A stretch of DNA of 64,000 bases from an uncultured Candidatus Pelagibacter sp. (GTDB lineage Bacteria; Pseudomonadota; Alphaproteobacteria; Pelagibacterales; Pelagibacteraceae). The position numbers and the translations under genes are program-made. The DNA is taken from positions 90-64,089 of the forward strand of contig CAJQTK010000011.1 in NCBI GenBank assembly GCA_905620495.1. Direction: 5' to 3'. Shown here piece after piece: positions 30,475 to 43,194 of this stretch; the first letter of the stretch is position 1; every line of letters starts with the position of its first letter. A model generated the notes under the pieces. It was not told the DNA's origin and did no database searches. It saw only the letters and a list, made by a program, of their open reading frames with translations.

Positions 30475-32246
30475 GTGCTTATAAAATTATAGATCATGAA
30501 TATGACGTAATTGTCCTTGGAGCAGGGGGCTCAGGATTAAGAGCTGCTGTTGGCCTAAGCGAAGCAGGGTTAAAAACTGCCTGTATCTCAAAAGTATTTC
30601 CGACAAGAAGTCACACATCAGCAGCACAAGGTGGAATTTCAGCCGCTCTAGGAAACATGGGTGAAGATGACTGGCGTTGGCATATGTACGATACTGTTAA
30701 AGGTGCAGATTGGTTAGGTGACCAAGATAGTATTGAGTATCTTTGTAAGGAAGCGCCAAAAGCAGTAATTGAATTAGAAAAATATGGAGTACCCTTCAGC
30801 AGAACTGATGATGGTAAAATTTACCAAAGACCCTTTGGTGGAATGACAAAAAATTATGGTAATGGAATTGTTCAAAGAACTTGTGCAGCAGCTGATAGAA
30901 CGGGTCACGCAATTCTGCATACTCTTTATGGACAAGCCTTAAAACATAAAACTAAATTTTTTATTGAATATTTTGCATTAGATTTATTAATGAAAGATGG
31001 CGAATGCAAAGGACTCATAGCGTGGAACTTAAACGATGGAACCATTCATAGATTTAGAGCGCACAGTACAATAATTGCAACAGGTGGTTATGGAAAAGCT
31101 TATTTTTCCGCAACTTCTGCACACACTTGTACTGGAGATGGAAATGCAATGGTTTTAAGAGCAGGCATGCCATTACAAGATATGGAATTTGTACAATTCC
31201 ATCCAACAGGAATTTATGGGCATGGAACTTTAATTTCTGAAGGTGTTAGAGGAGAAGGTGGTTATTTAGTTAATTCAAAAGGTGAAAGATTTATGGAGCG
31301 GTATGCTCCAAATGCTAAAGATTTAGCATCTAGAGATGTAGTAAGTAGATCAATGTCAATTGAGATTAATGAAGGTAGAGGAGTTGGTAAAGAAAAAGAT
31401 CATGTTCACTTACATTTAAGTCATTTAGATAAAAGTATTATTGAAAGTAGACTTCCAGGAATTACAGAAGCAGCAAGATTGTTTGCAAATGTCGATGTTA
31501 CTAAAGAGCCAATACCAGTAGTTCCCACTGTTCATTATAATATGGGAGGTATTCCAACGAATTATAAAGCTGAAGTATTAACAGGAACTGATTCAAATAA
31601 AACAGTATCAGGATTAATGGCGATTGGAGAAGCTGCTTGCGTTTCTGTTCATGGAGCGAATAGATTGGGTTCTAACTCTTTAATTGATTTGGTTGTATTT
31701 GGAAGAGCAGCGGCTATGAGAGCAGCAGAACTTGTAAAACCAGGAACTCCACATGAAGATATAGGAGAGTCTGAAACAGAAAAATGCTTAGAAAGGTTTG
31801 ATAAATTAAAAAACTCTAACGGTGAAAATAGTACTGCAGAGCTTAGACTTTCAATGCAAAAAACTATGCAATCAAAGTGTGCTGTTTTTAGAACAGAAAA
31901 AACACTTAAAGAAGGTGTTGATCAAATTAGAAAAGCATATGATGGAATGGACTCAATTTCTGTAAAAGATAAGTCTCTTGTTTTTAATACTGATTTAGTA
32001 GAAACGCTGGAGTTTGATAATTTAGTAAGACAGGCAATTACCACAGTGGATTCTGCTTATAACAGACAAGAGAGCAGAGGAGCACATGCTAGAGAAGATT
32101 TCCCAAAAAGAGATGATGAAAAATTTATGCAACATACTATTGCGTGGTGTAACGGAAAAGATACAAAAATTGGTTATAGACCAGTTAGCAAAACAACATT
32201 AACAAATGAAGTTCAATACTTTCCACCACAAGAAAGGGTTTACTAG
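30471..32246 (+). CDS. sdhA: Succinate dehydrogenase flavoprotein
   Basis: [32 protein letters not shown]. Confidence 0.97.
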   Translation: MSAYKIIDHEYDVIVLGAGGSGLRAAVGLSEAGLKTACISKVFPTRSHTSAAQGGISAALGNMGEDDWRWHMYDTVKGADWLGDQDSIEYLCKEAPKAVIELEKYGVPFSRTDDGKIYQRPFGGMTKNYGNGIVQRTCAAADRTGHAILHTLYGQALKHKTKFFIEYFALDLLMKDGECKGLIAWNLNDGTIHRFRAHSTIIATGGYGKAYFSATSAHTCTGDGNAMVLRAGMPLQDMEFVQFHPTGIYGHGTLISEGVRGEGGYLVNSKGERFMERYAPNAKDLASRDVVSRSMSIEINEGRGVGKEKDHVHLHLSHLDKSIIESRLPGITEAARLFANVDVTKEPIPVVPTVHYNMGGIPTNYKAEVLTGTDSNKTVSGLMAIGEAACVSVHGANRLGSNSLIDLVVFGRAAAMRAAELVKPGTPHEDIGESETEKCLERFDKLKNSNGENSTAELRLSMQKTMQSKCAVFRTEKTLKEGVDQIRKAYDGMDSISVKDKSLVFNTDLVETLEFDNLVRQAITTVDSAYNRQESRGAHAREDFPKRDDEKFMQHTIAWCNGKDTKIGYRPVSKTTLTNEVQYFPPQERVY

Positions 32247-33019
32247 TGGTTCAAATAAATTTACCTAAAAATTCAGAAGTTCAAAAAGGTAACTATTACC
32301 AAGATAAAACTGGATCAAAAAATATTAGAAAAGTAAATGTTTATAGATGGGATCCTTCAAATGGCGAAAATCCAAGAGTAGATACTTATGAGGTAGATAT
32401 GGATAATTGTCCTTCAAAAGTATTAGATATTTTGAATAAGATTAAAAACGAAATTGACCCATCACTAGCTTATCGAAGGTCATGTGCACATGGTGTTTGT
32501 GGTTCTTGTGCAATGAACATGGATGGGAAAAATGGTTTAGCATGTACAAAACCTCATTCAGAAATTGAAGGAGATATAAATATTTATCCACTACCTCATT
32601 TAAAAGTTAAAAAAGATTTAATTGGTGATCTAAGTGGACTGTACAAGCAGTACGAGTCAATTGAACCATGGTTAAAAACAAATACAAAAGTTGAAACAAC
32701 AGAAATCATACAATCTAAAAAGGATAGAAAAAAATTAGATGGTGCATATGAATGTATCATGTGTGCATGTTGTTCTACCTCTTGTCCAAGCTACTGGTGG
32801 AATGGTGATAAATATTTAGGTCCTGCTGTTTTACTTCAAGCTTATAGATGGATAGTTGACAGTAGAGATGACGAAAGAAAAGAGAGATTAAAAAAAGTAG
32901 CTGATGAACTTAAGCTATATAGATGTCACACTATTATGAATTGTACTAATGCTTGTCCGAAGGGATTAAACCCAGCAAAAGCTATAGCTGAATTAAAAAA
33001 AATGCTTGCAACAAGCTAA
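32246..33019 (+). CDS. sdhB: Succinate dehydrogenase iron-sulfur subunit
   Basis: [37 protein letters not shown]; GTG start. Confidence 0.97.
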   Translation: MVQINLPKNSEVQKGNYYQDKTGSKNIRKVNVYRWDPSNGENPRVDTYEVDMDNCPSKVLDILNKIKNEIDPSLAYRRSCAHGVCGSCAMNMDGKNGLACTKPHSEIEGDINIYPLPHLKVKKDLIGDLSGLYKQYESIEPWLKTNTKVETTEIIQSKKDRKKLDGAYECIMCACCSTSCPSYWWNGDKYLGPAVLLQAYRWIVDSRDDERKERLKKVADELKLYRCHTIMNCTNACPKGLNPAKAIAELKKMLATS

Positions 33020-33043
33020 TTACCCCTTTAAATAGCAACATTC

Positions 33044-34537
33044 ATGAATTTATTAGAACATTTCGTTGGTGGAAAGCTAATTTCAGGCTCCTCTGATAGA
33101 AAAAGCAAAATTTTTAATCCTGCAACAGGTGAACAAGAGTCTGAAGTAAGATCAGCTAGTAAAGCTGATCTTGATCAAGCTGTAGAAGTGGCACAAAAAG
33201 CTTTTGAAACTTGGTCATTAAAACCATCACTTCAAAGAGCAAGAGTAATGTTTAAATTTAAAGAGTTAATAGAAAAAAATGCTGACGAGCTTACAAAATT
33301 AATAGTTTCAGAGCATGGCAAAGTTTATGAAGATGCCAAAGGTTCTTTAACGAGAGGACTAGAAGTTGTTGAGTTTGCGTGTGGAATTCCACATTTACTT
33401 AAAGGAGAATTTTCAGAAAACGTAGGAACAAATGTGGATAGCTGGTCTATGCGTCAACCACTTGGAGTTGTTGCTGGTATTACACCTTTTAACTTTCCAG
33501 CAATGGTACCTATGTGGATGTTTCCTATCGCTATAGCTTGCGGAAATACATTTATTTTAAAACCGTCAGAAAAAGATCCATCTTGTCCACTAAGATTAGC
33601 TGAGCTTCTAACAGAAGCTGGACTGCCAGATGGTGTCTTCAATGTTGTTAATGGAGATAAAGAGTCAGTTGATGCAATTTTAACAAACAAAAATGTTAAA
33701 GCTGTAAGCTTCGTAGGTTCAACACCAATTGCAAAATATATTTATGAAAATTCTGCAAAAAATGAAAAAAGAGTTCAAGCCTTAGGAGGTGCAAAAAATC
33801 ATTTAGTTGTAATGCCTGATTGTGACCTTGATGGCGCAGTGAATGGATTAATGGGTGCAGCATATGGATCAGCAGGAGAAAGATGCATGGCTCAATCAGT
33901 AGCAGTAGCAGTAGGGGATATAGGAGATGAGTTAGTTTCACGTTTATCAAAAAAAGCTGAAGCATTGAAAGTAGGACCTGGTATGGACAAAACATCTGAG
34001 ATGGGTCCATTAGTTACCAAAGAACATTTAAAAAAAGTAAAAGGTTATGTTGACCTAGGTGTTGAAGAGGGTGCCAAATTAGTTGTCGACGGAAGAAACA
34101 TAAAGCTTCAAGGGTATGAAAATGGTTTCTTTATAGGCGGCTGTTTATTTGATCACGTTAAAAAAGATATGAGAATTTACAAAGAAGAAATATTTGGGCC
34201 AGTTTTGTCAGTCATAAGAGTTAAAACTTTTGAAGAAGCAACGAAACTAATTAATGATCATGAATACGGTAATGGGGTAAGTATTTATACAAGAGACGGT
34301 GACACTGGCCGAACTTTTGCTAGCAAAATCCAAGTTGGTATGGTTGGAATTAATGTTCCAATACCTGTACCAATGGCATTCCATAGTTTTGGTGGATGGA
34401 AAAGATCACTATTTGGAGACAGTGCAATGCACGGAGCTGAAGGAATTAAATTTTATACAAAACTTAAGACAGTAACATCAAGATGGCCTTCTGGAATAAG
34501 ATCTAATGCAGATTTTGTCATGCCAACAATGAAATAA
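33044..34537 (+). CDS. mmsA: CoA-acylating (methyl)malonate-semialdehyde dehydrogenase
   Basis: ITPFNFPAMVP, GGAKNH, GERCMA, PIPVP, FGGWKRS. Confidence 0.92.
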   Translation: MNLLEHFVGGKLISGSSDRKSKIFNPATGEQESEVRSASKADLDQAVEVAQKAFETWSLKPSLQRARVMFKFKELIEKNADELTKLIVSEHGKVYEDAKGSLTRGLEVVEFACGIPHLLKGEFSENVGTNVDSWSMRQPLGVVAGITPFNFPAMVPMWMFPIAIACGNTFILKPSEKDPSCPLRLAELLTEAGLPDGVFNVVNGDKESVDAILTNKNVKAVSFVGSTPIAKYIYENSAKNEKRVQALGGAKNHLVVMPDCDLDGAVNGLMGAAYGSAGERCMAQSVAVAVGDIGDELVSRLSKKAEALKVGPGMDKTSEMGPLVTKEHLKKVKGYVDLGVEEGAKLVVDGRNIKLQGYENGFFIGGCLFDHVKKDMRIYKEEIFGPVLSVIRVKTFEEATKLINDHEYGNGVSIYTRDGDTGRTFASKIQVGMVGINVPIPVPMAFHSFGGWKRSLFGDSAMHGAEGIKFYTKLKTVTSRWPSGIRSNADFVMPTMK

Positions 34538-34546
34538 GAAGAAAAA

Positions 34547-35509
34547 ATGAAAAAAATATCTTTAATAGGTGCGGGTCAAATTGGGGGCACTTTAGCTCAC
34601 TTAATTGGAACTAAAGAAGTAGCTGATGAAGTGGTACTTTTTGATGTTGCAAGCGGCATAGCCAAAGGTAAGGCTTTAGATATTGCTCAATCTTCTTCTG
34701 TTGATGGTTTTAATGTAAAATTTTCAGGAACAGACAATTATGAAGATATAAAAGATTCTGATGTAATAATAATAACTGCGGGTGTTCCAAGAAAACCGGG
34801 CATGAGCAGAGATGACTTATTAGGTATTAATCTAAAAATTATCAAACAAGTAGCAGAAGGCATTAAAAAAAATGCACCTAATGCATTCGTTATATGTATT
34901 ACAAATCCACTAGACGTTATGGTGATGGCTTTTCAAAAATTTTCAGGCATGCCAGCTAATAAAGTTGTTGGAATGGCAGGAATTTTAGATAGCTCAAGAT
35001 TTAAATTATTTTTATCTTTAGAGTTAAACGTTCCTGTAAAAGAAATTGAAGCAATGGTTATGGGAGGTCATGGAGATACAATGGTTCCTCTACCTAGATT
35101 TACAAAAGTTTCTGGCAAACCATTATTAGACCTAGTTAAAGAAGGAAAAATATCATCAGAGAGATTAGAAGAAATTAATCAAAGAACTAGAGATGGTGGA
35201 GCGGAGATCGTTAAATATTTGGAAAAAGGTTCTGCATTTTATGCGCCAGCAGCTTCAGGGATACAGATGGCAGAAGCATATTTAAAAGATGAAAAAAAAT
35301 TACTTCCATGTGCAGTTCACTTAAACGGAGAGTATGGTGTTAATAATGTTTATGCTGGTGTACCAGTAATAATTGGAAAAGACGGTGTTGAGAAAATAGA
35401 ACAAATAGACTTAGACGAAAAAGAAAAAAAAGAATTTATGCACTCAATAGATGCTGTGAAAGCATTATGGGAAGCTGCATCAAAAATAGACCCAGATCTT
35501 TCTAAATAA
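34547..35509 (+). CDS. mdh: Malate dehydrogenase
   Basis: [22 protein letters not shown]. Confidence 0.97.
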   Translation: MKKISLIGAGQIGGTLAHLIGTKEVADEVVLFDVASGIAKGKALDIAQSSSVDGFNVKFSGTDNYEDIKDSDVIIITAGVPRKPGMSRDDLLGINLKIIKQVAEGIKKNAPNAFVICITNPLDVMVMAFQKFSGMPANKVVGMAGILDSSRFKLFLSLELNVPVKEIEAMVMGGHGDTMVPLPRFTKVSGKPLLDLVKEGKISSERLEEINQRTRDGGAEIVKYLEKGSAFYAPAASGIQMAEAYLKDEKKLLPCAVHLNGEYGVNNVYAGVPVIIGKDGVEKIEQIDLDEKEKKEFMHSIDAVKALWEAASKIDPDLSK

Positions 35510-35512
35510 ATC

Positions 35513-36673
35513 ATGAACATTCATGAACACCAAGCAAAAAAAATCCTAAAAGAGTATGGAGCAGTTGTGCCTGAAGGAGTTTTTGCTTTCACGGTGGATG
35601 AATTGATTGAAAAAGCAAAATCATTAAAGACAGAAAAGTTTGTATTAAAAGCACAAATCCATGCTGGTGGAAGGGGTAAGGCAGGAGGGGTAAAAATTTT
35701 AAGTACTATAGAAGAACTAAGTACTGCTGCTAAAGAACTATTAGGTAAAACTCTTGTGACACATCAAACAGGCCCCGAAGGTAGGGAGGTAAAGAGGTTA
35801 TACGTTGAAGAGTCTTCCAATATAGATAAAGAATTTTATTTATCATGTTTAATTGATAGAGCTAGTTCAAAAATTGCCTTCATATCAAGTGATCAAGGTG
35901 GAATGGATATTGAAGAAGTGGCCAACAAAACACCAGAAAAAATTATAACAACAAAAGTTGAAATAGGTGATGAGATTTCAGACCTAGATTGTGAAAGAAT
36001 AATTGAAATTTTTAATTTAGGTGGAGATGCAAATAAGCAAGCAATAGCGTTAATTAAATCAGTGTATAAGATGTTTATTAGTACTGACGCTAATATGGTT
36101 GAAATTAATCCTTTAATTTTAACTAAAGAAGAAAAAATAATCTGTTTAGATGCAAAAGTAAATTTTGATTCTAATGCTTTATTTAAACATCCAAAAATTA
36201 TGGAATTAAGGGATTTAAATGAAGAGGATCCAACAGAAATTGAAGCAAGCAAACATGATCTTGCTTATATAAAATTAGATGGAAGTATTGGCTGCATGGT
36301 TAATGGAGCTGGTCTTGCAATGGCCACTATGGATATTATTAAGTTATATGGAAAAGAACCAGCAAACTTTTTAGATGTTGGTGGTGGTGCCTCAAAAGAA
36401 AAAGTATCTGCAGCACTTAAGATAATTCTTTCAGATAAAAATGTTAAAGGTATTTTAATAAATATTTTTGGTGGAATAATGAGATGTGATGTCCTTGCAC
36501 GAGGAGTTGTGGAGGCAGCTAAAGAAATAAATATTAGTGTTCCTTTAGTAGTTAGACTTGCAGGAACAAATTTTAAAGAAGGAAAAGAGATATTAGATAA
36601 CTCAGGATTGAAATTAATTTCAGCAGAAAATTTAGATGATGCTGCCCAAAAAATAGTAGAGGCTATAAAATAA
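35513..36673 (+). CDS. sucC: Succinyl-CoA synthetase beta subunit
   Basis: [35 protein letters not shown]. Confidence 0.97.
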   Translation: MNIHEHQAKKILKEYGAVVPEGVFAFTVDELIEKAKSLKTEKFVLKAQIHAGGRGKAGGVKILSTIEELSTAAKELLGKTLVTHQTGPEGREVKRLYVEESSNIDKEFYLSCLIDRASSKIAFISSDQGGMDIEEVANKTPEKIITTKVEIGDEISDLDCERIIEIFNLGGDANKQAIALIKSVYKMFISTDANMVEINPLILTKEEKIICLDAKVNFDSNALFKHPKIMELRDLNEEDPTEIEASKHDLAYIKLDGSIGCMVNGAGLAMATMDIIKLYGKEPANFLDVGGGASKEKVSAALKIILSDKNVKGILINIFGGIMRCDVLARGVVEAAKEINISVPLVVRLAGTNFKEGKEILDNSGLKLISAENLDDAAQKIVEAIK

Positions 36674-36674
36674 T

Positions 36675-37550
36675 ATGTCAGTTTTAATTAATAAAAATAC
36701 AAAAGTTATATGCCAAGGATTTACAGGAAAACATGGTGAATTTCATTCTAAACAAGCAATAGAATATGGAACCAATCTTGTTGGGGGAGTTACTCCAAAA
36801 AAAGGAGGTCAAAAACATCTTGATCGTCCAGTTTTTAACACTGTAGCAGAAGCCAAACAAAAAGTTGGTGCCGATGCAACAATGATTTATGTTCCAGCAA
36901 AATTTGCAGCTGCTGCAATAATTGAAGCGATAGATGCTTCAGTTGAACTTATAGTATGCATTACTGAAGGCATACCAATTCAAGATATGCTTCGTGTTAA
37001 ACAAAAACTAAATAATTCAAAAAGTAGACTAATTGGACCAAACTGCCCAGGAATAATTACTCCTAATGAATGTAAAATTGGGATTATGCCAGGCAATATC
37101 CACAAAAAAGGTTCTGTTGGAATTGTTTCAAGATCAGGAACTTTAACGTATGAAGCAGTTGCACAAACAACTGCAAATGGACTAGGACAATCTACTTGCA
37201 TAGGAATTGGAGGAGATCCAGTAAATGGAACAAATTTTATTGACTGCTTAGATTTGTTTTTAAATGATGAAGAGACCGAGTCTATCCTTATGATAGGAGA
37301 AATTGGAGGTTCTGCAGAAGAAGAGGCAGCTGAATTTATAAAAAATCACAAAATACAGAAACCAACAGTTGGTTTTGTAGCTGGAATAACAGCTCCCCCT
37401 GGAAGAAGAATGGGCCATGCTGGAGCTATTATATCGGGTGGAAAAGGTGGTGCAGAAGATAAAATTAAAAAGATGGAAGAATGTGGAATTACTATAGCTA
37501 AATCACCATCTGAATTAGGTAAAACATTATTTAATAAATTATCTAATTGA
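36675..37550 (+). CDS. sucD: Succinyl-CoA synthetase alpha subunit
   Basis: [23 protein letters not shown]. Confidence 0.97.
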   Translation: MSVLINKNTKVICQGFTGKHGEFHSKQAIEYGTNLVGGVTPKKGGQKHLDRPVFNTVAEAKQKVGADATMIYVPAKFAAAAIIEAIDASVELIVCITEGIPIQDMLRVKQKLNNSKSRLIGPNCPGIITPNECKIGIMPGNIHKKGSVGIVSRSGTLTYEAVAQTTANGLGQSTCIGIGGDPVNGTNFIDCLDLFLNDEETESILMIGEIGGSAEEEAAEFIKNHKIQKPTVGFVAGITAPPGRRMGHAGAIISGGKGGAEDKIKKMEECGITIAKSPSELGKTLFNKLSN

Positions 37551-37584
37551 AAAATATTTTTCTGATATTATATCAATAAAATAG

Positions 37585-40491
37585 ATGTCATCATCAAAAA
37601 ATCTCGAATTTGAAAAAACTTCATTTCTTAGTAAATCTAATAATGCATTTATAGAGCAGATGTATTTAAAGTTTATCAATAAAGATAGGAACCTTCCTGA
37701 AAGTTGGCAGAATTATTTTGAAGGAATGGATGAAGATCCAAGCATGATGGCCAAAGAAATTAATGGACCATCTTGGAGTTTAAAAAATAAAATTGATATA
37801 GATGAGTTTCAAAAAAAAATTGAACAAGAGGATGAAAATTCACCCAGCAATACTCCTCAAACTAATATAAATCAAATAAATTCATCCAGATCAAATGAAG
37901 ACTCAATTAATGCAGTCTCAATGATTAGATCGTATAGACAAAGAGGACACCTTATCGCTACACTGGACCCACTTGGATTATTAAAATCAGATTATTTAGA
38001 TGAGTTACATCCAGAGTCTTTTGGTTTTAAAAAAAATGATTATCAAAAAAATATTTATTTAGGTGGCGTGATAAATAAAGATCAAGCAAATATTAAAGAA
38101 ATATTAGCATTTTTAAAAAAAACGTATTGTGGACCAATTGGATACGAATACATGCATATATCAAATCCGACTGAAAGAAAATGGTTTAGAGATCGGATTG
38201 AAAAATCAGCAGATAATATGAATTTTACCAAAAATGGTAAAGAGGCAATTTTAAATAAAATAATACAAGCGGAAGGTTTTGAAAAGTTTCTACATAAAAA
38301 ATATGTAGGAACAAAAAGATTTGGATTAGATGGAGGAGAAAGTTTAATTCCTGCTTTGGAACAAATAATTAAGATTAGTGGCCAGTCTGCAGTTAAAGAG
38401 GTTAAGATTGGAATGTCTCATAGAGGTAGACTGAATGTATTAGCAAATGTATTACAAAAATCTTATAAAAGAATATTTAATGAATTTGCTGGAGAAATTA
38501 ATGCATCATCAGAAGAGGGAGCTGGAGATGTTAAGTATCACCTAGGGGCATCTTCAAACAGAGATTTTGATGGAAATTCTGTGCATGTTAGCTTGACAGA
38601 CAATCCATCTCACTTAGAAGCAGTTAACCCAGTAGTTCTTGGGCAAACAAGAGCAAAACAATTTTTTCATAAAGATAAAGAAAGAAATAAAGTAATACCT
38701 ATATTGATACATGGTGATGCTGCATTTGCAGGACAAGGTGTAGTAGCAGAATGTTTTGCAATGTCCGGTTTACCAGGTCATAACACTGGTGGAACAATTC
38801 ATATTATTGTTAACAACCAAATAGGTTTTACAACAAGTCCAAGATTTGCACGATCTTCACCTTACCCGTCCGATGTAGCAAAAATGGTTGATGCTCCAAT
38901 TATTCATGCTAATGGAGATGACCCAGAAGCAGTTGTTTATGCGGCTAGAATAGCTACTGAGTTTAGATTAAAATTCAATAGAGATGTAGTTATAGATTTG
39001 ATTTGCTATAGAAGATTTGGTCATAATGAAGGAGATGAACCATCATTTACTCAACCATTAATGTACAAAAAAATCAGATCACATCCCTCCCCAGTAAATG
39101 TCTATGGGAATAAATTAATAGAGGAAAACATAATTACAAATGATGATTTAGATAATTCAGTTAAAAAATTTAAAAATTTACTTGATGATCAATTTAAAAA
39201 TGCAAAAGACTACAAGCCTCAAATCGAATGGTTCGAAGGTACATGGTCAGCATATAAGCCTGAAAAAGGAAAAGATAAAAGAGGAATAACAGGCGCAGAT
39301 ACTAAAAAACTTTTAGAGATTTCAGAAAAAATAAATTCTTCTCCTGAAGAATTAAATTTACATAAAACAATAATCAAAATATTAAACTCAAGAAAAGAAG
39401 CAGTTAAAAATGGTTCAAACATAGACTGGTCAACTGCAGAAGCACTAGCATTTGGATCCTTATTAGAAGAAGGATATCCTGTAAGACTAGTTGGACAAGA
39501 TTCTGGTAGAGGAACTTTTAGTCAAAGACATTCTGTTTTAAGAAATCAATTAAACAATAGACGCTACGTTCCATTAAATAATATTTCAAATAATCAAAAA
39601 CAATTTGAAGTAGTAGATAGCTTTTTATCAGAATTAGCAGTTCTAGGTTTCGAGTATGGTTATAGTCTTGTTGAGCCAAATACACTTACACTTTGGGAAG
39701 CACAGTTTGGAGATTTTGCTAATGGAGCACAAATTGTCATTGACCAATTTATTGCATCTGGAGAAAGAAAATGGACAAGAGCATCAGGATTAGTAATGCT
39801 TTTACCACACGGATATGAAGGTCAAGGTCCAGAACATTCATCAGCACGCTTAGAAAGATTTTTACAATTATGCTCCAATGATAATATGCAAGTAATGAAT
39901 TGTACTACGCCAGCAAATTATTTTCATGCATTAAGGAGACAAGTGCTTAGAGATTTTAGAAAACCATTAATTATGATGACGCCAAAATCTTTACTAAGAA
40001 ATAAGTATTGTGTTTCTAACTTAGAAGATTTTAGTAAAGAAAATTCATTTCATAGAATATTATGGGACCATGCTGTGGACCCAAAATCTAATGGTTTTAT
40101 AAAATTAAGAAAAGATTCAGAGATTAAAAAAGTAATAATGTGTTCAGGTAAAGTTTATTTTGATTTATTAGATGCTAGAGAAAAATTAAAAAAAGACGAT
40201 GTAATACTGTTCAGAATTGAACAATTGTATCCATTTCCAGCCAAGACTCTTGTTAAAGAACTTAAACCTTACGCTAAAAATGCAAAGTTTTACTGGTGCC
40301 AGGAAGAACCAAAAAATATGGGTGCATGGTTTTCAGCACGAGACTATATACAATGGACTTTAGATACTATTAACGCTAATAATAGAGAAATTTCTTATAT
40401 AGGAAGAAGTCCGGACGCATCTCCTGCTACAGGATATGCAAAAAGACACATTTCACAACAGCAAGAAATTATTAACAAGGTTTTTAAATAA
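37585..40491 (+). CDS. sucA: 2-oxoglutarate dehydrogenase E1
   Basis: [34 protein letters not shown]. Confidence 0.97.
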   Translation: MSSSKNLEFEKTSFLSKSNNAFIEQMYLKFINKDRNLPESWQNYFEGMDEDPSMMAKEINGPSWSLKNKIDIDEFQKKIEQEDENSPSNTPQTNINQINSSRSNEDSINAVSMIRSYRQRGHLIATLDPLGLLKSDYLDELHPESFGFKKNDYQKNIYLGGVINKDQANIKEILAFLKKTYCGPIGYEYMHISNPTERKWFRDRIEKSADNMNFTKNGKEAILNKIIQAEGFEKFLHKKYVGTKRFGLDGGESLIPALEQIIKISGQSAVKEVKIGMSHRGRLNVLANVLQKSYKRIFNEFAGEINASSEEGAGDVKYHLGASSNRDFDGNSVHVSLTDNPSHLEAVNPVVLGQTRAKQFFHKDKERNKVIPILIHGDAAFAGQGVVAECFAMSGLPGHNTGGTIHIIVNNQIGFTTSPRFARSSPYPSDVAKMVDAPIIHANGDDPEAVVYAARIATEFRLKFNRDVVIDLICYRRFGHNEGDEPSFTQPLMYKKIRSHPSPVNVYGNKLIEENIITNDDLDNSVKKFKNLLDDQFKNAKDYKPQIEWFEGTWSAYKPEKGKDKRGITGADTKKLLEISEKINSSPEELNLHKTIIKILNSRKEAVKNGSNIDWSTAEALAFGSLLEEGYPVRLVGQDSGRGTFSQRHSVLRNQLNNRRYVPLNNISNNQKQFEVVDSFLSELAVLGFEYGYSLVEPNTLTLWEAQFGDFANGAQIVIDQFIASGERKWTRASGLVMLLPHGYEGQGPEHSSARLERFLQLCSNDNMQVMNCTTPANYFHALRRQVLRDFRKPLIMMTPKSLLRNKYCVSNLEDFSKENSFHRILWDHAVDPKSNGFIKLRKDSEIKKVIMCSGKVYFDLLDAREKLKKDDVILFRIEQLYPFPAKTLVKELKPYAKNAKFYWCQEEPKNMGAWFSARDYIQWTLDTINANNREISYIGRSPDASPATGYAKRHISQQQEIINKVFK

Positions 40492-40493
40492 AA

Positions 40494-41771
40494 ATGAGTG
40501 AAAAAATTTTAGTACCAGTTTTGGGAGAAAGCATAACTGAAGCTACAGTTGCTAAGTGGCTTAAAAAAGAAGGTGACACTGTTGAGGCAGATGAGGCAAT
40601 TGTAGAATTAGAAACTGACAAGGTTAATTTAGAAGTACCATCTCCAATAGATGGAGTTTTATCTGAAATAAATTCTAAGGATGGTGTAACTGTAGAAGTT
40701 GGAGCTCTACTTGGTACGATAAGTCAAAATGAAATTCAGCCATCTCAAAAAAAGGTAATTACAAAAATTGAACCTAAAATAACAGAAAACAATGTTGTCA
40801 ATTTAGAAATTAAAAATGAAACACCTAGAGTTTTCGAAGAACCTGAAGAGGAAGAGCCGTTAATATTAACTAATGAAGTTAAAAAAGACAAAACTGATTA
40901 TTCAAATAAAAATAATGAAATACTTTCGCCATCTGTAAGAAAAATTGTTGTTGAGAATAAAATTAATTTAGAAAAAGTTAGAGGCTCTGGCAAAGAAGGT
41001 AGAATTCTTAAAGGAGATTTAATTAGCATGATGGGAAAAAATCCCCAACCATCAGAAAGAAAAATTAAATATGGTCAAGAAGAGAGAATTAAAATGTCTA
41101 GACTTAGACAAACAATCGCAAAAAGATTAAAACAAGCACAAGAAAATGCTGCACTGCTAACAACATTCAATGAAGTTGACATGACTAGCATAATGGAAAT
41201 AAGAAAAGAAAATCAAGAAGATTTTCAAAGTAGGTATAATATTAAATTAGGATTTATGTCCTTTTTTGTAAAAGCTTGTGTTGCAGCTTTAAAAACGTTT
41301 CCATCTGTTAATGCTGAAATTGATGGGAATGAAATCATTTATAAAAATTATTATAATATAAGTTTTGCAGTAGGAACTGAAAAAGGGTTAGTTGTTCCAG
41401 TATTAAGAGATGCAGATCAGCTATCATTTGCTGATATTGAAAAAAATATCAAAACAATTTCTGAAAAAGCAAGAGATGGAAAGATAACCATAGAAGATCT
41501 TCAGGGTGGCACTTTTACTATTAGTAATGGAGGCGTTTACGGTTCAATGTTATCTACTCCAATATTAAATTTACCTCAATCTGGTGTATTAGGAATGCAT
41601 AATATAGTGGAAAGACCAATGGTGGTTGACGGAGAAATTAAAATTAGACCCATTATGTATCTTGCGCTATCTTATGACCACAGAATTATTGACGGAAAAG
41701 AGTCAGTTTCATTTTTAAAGATGGTTAAAGAAAACTTAGAAGATCCAAGAAGGTTATTTTTAAATATTTAG
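40494..41771 (+). CDS. sucB: 2-oxoglutarate dehydrogenase E2 dihydrolipoyl succinyltransferase
   Basis: Lipoyl motif ETDKV, DHRIIDG. Confidence 0.97.
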   Translation: MSEKILVPVLGESITEATVAKWLKKEGDTVEADEAIVELETDKVNLEVPSPIDGVLSEINSKDGVTVEVGALLGTISQNEIQPSQKKVITKIEPKITENNVVNLEIKNETPRVFEEPEEEEPLILTNEVKKDKTDYSNKNNEILSPSVRKIVVENKINLEKVRGSGKEGRILKGDLISMMGKNPQPSERKIKYGQEERIKMSRLRQTIAKRLKQAQENAALLTTFNEVDMTSIMEIRKENQEDFQSRYNIKLGFMSFFVKACVAALKTFPSVNAEIDGNEIIYKNYYNISFAVGTEKGLVVPVLRDADQLSFADIEKNIKTISEKARDGKITIEDLQGGTFTISNGGVYGSMLSTPILNLPQSGVLGMHNIVERPMVVDGEIKIRPIMYLALSYDHRIIDGKESVSFLKMVKENLEDPRRLFLNI

Positions 41772-43172
41772 ATGTCAGATAAATTTCAAGCAGTTGTAAT
41801 AGGTGGAGGTCCAGGAGGCTATGTGTGTGCGATAAGATTAGCACAATTGGGCCTTAAAACTGCATGCATAGAATCTAGAGGATCATTAGGTGGAACTTGT
41901 TTAAATGTTGGGTGCATACCTTCTAAAAATTTATTAAATATTTCAGAGAATTATCATAAAGCGCAAAATTTTTCTAAACTTGGGATAGAGGTTGGTGAGG
42001 TAAAACTTAATCTCAAGAAAATGATGAAAAATAAGGATAAAGCAGTTACTGTATTAACCAAAGGTGTAGAATTTTTATTTAAGAAAAATAAAGTTACTTA
42101 TTTTAAAGGCACAGGAAGTTTTAAATCAGCAAATAAAATTTCTATTTTAGATGATCAAAAAAAAGAAACCATAATAGAAACTGAAAAAACCGTAATTAGT
42201 ACAGGATCTGTTCCTGTATCATTGCCAGGAATGGAATTTGATGAAAAAATAATTGTTTCTTCAACAGGTGCATTAACTTTAAAGGCAGTTCCAAAAAAGA
42301 TGATTGTAGTTGGTGGAGGCTATATAGGATTAGAGATGGGATCTGTTTGGTCTAGATTGGGTACTGAAGTTCACGTAGTTGAATTTCTTGAACATATTAC
42401 ACCAGGGATGGATAGAGAAGTATCTACAGAATTTATGAAAATTTTAAAGAAGCAAGGAATTAATTTTCATATGCAGACAAAAGTAGAAGGAATTAAAAAA
42501 AGCACTAATGGTGCTACAGTTTCAACATCTGATAAAGATGGAAAAAAAATTGATTTTGATTGTGATGTCGTACTTATATCGGTTGGTAGAAAACCAAATA
42601 CTAATAACTTAAATTTAGAAGCAATTGGTGTTGAATTAGATGAGAAGAAAAGAATTAAAACAGATAAAAGTTTTCAAACAAATGTAGATAATGTTTATGC
42701 AATTGGAGATGTAATAGAAGGACCGATGTTAGCACACAAAGCTGAAGATGAAGGTATTGCAGTTGCTGAAAATATTGCAGGACAATCAGGACATGTTAAT
42801 TATGATATTATTCCAGGTGTTGTTTACACAACTCCAGAAGTTGCTTCTATTGGTAAAACAGAAGAACAATTAAAAGAAAAAAATATAAAATACAAAATTG
42901 GTAAATTTTCATTTATGGCAAACTCAAGAGCTAAAGCAATTGATGAAGCAGAGGGCTTTGTTAAAATCCTAGCTGATGAAAAAACAGATAGAGTTTTAGG
43001 GGCGCATATTATTGGTCCTCATGCAGGTGAATTAATTGGAGAAATTGGAGTTGCAATGGAGTTTGGTGCAAGCGCTGAAGATATTGCAAGAACATGCCAT
43101 GCACACCCAACATTCTCTGAAGCTGTAAAAGAAGCAGCTTTATCAGTAGATAAAAGAGCAATACACTCTTAA
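41772..43172 (+). CDS. lpdA: Dihydrolipoamide dehydrogenase
   Basis: GGTCLNVGCIPSK, HAHPTFSE. Confidence 0.97.
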   Translation: MSDKFQAVVIGGGPGGYVCAIRLAQLGLKTACIESRGSLGGTCLNVGCIPSKNLLNISENYHKAQNFSKLGIEVGEVKLNLKKMMKNKDKAVTVLTKGVEFLFKKNKVTYFKGTGSFKSANKISILDDQKKETIIETEKTVISTGSVPVSLPGMEFDEKIIVSSTGALTLKAVPKKMIVVGGGYIGLEMGSVWSRLGTEVHVVEFLEHITPGMDREVSTEFMKILKKQGINFHMQTKVEGIKKSTNGATVSTSDKDGKKIDFDCDVVLISVGRKPNTNNLNLEAIGVELDEKKRIKTDKSFQTNVDNVYAIGDVIEGPMLAHKAEDEGIAVAENIAGQSGHVNYDIIPGVVYTTPEVASIGKTEEQLKEKNIKYKIGKFSFMANSRAKAIDEAEGFVKILADEKTDRVLGAHIIGPHAGELIGEIGVAMEFGASAEDIARTCHAHPTFSEAVKEAALSVDKRAIHS

Positions 43173-43194
43173 AATATTTTCATATTATAAAGAT

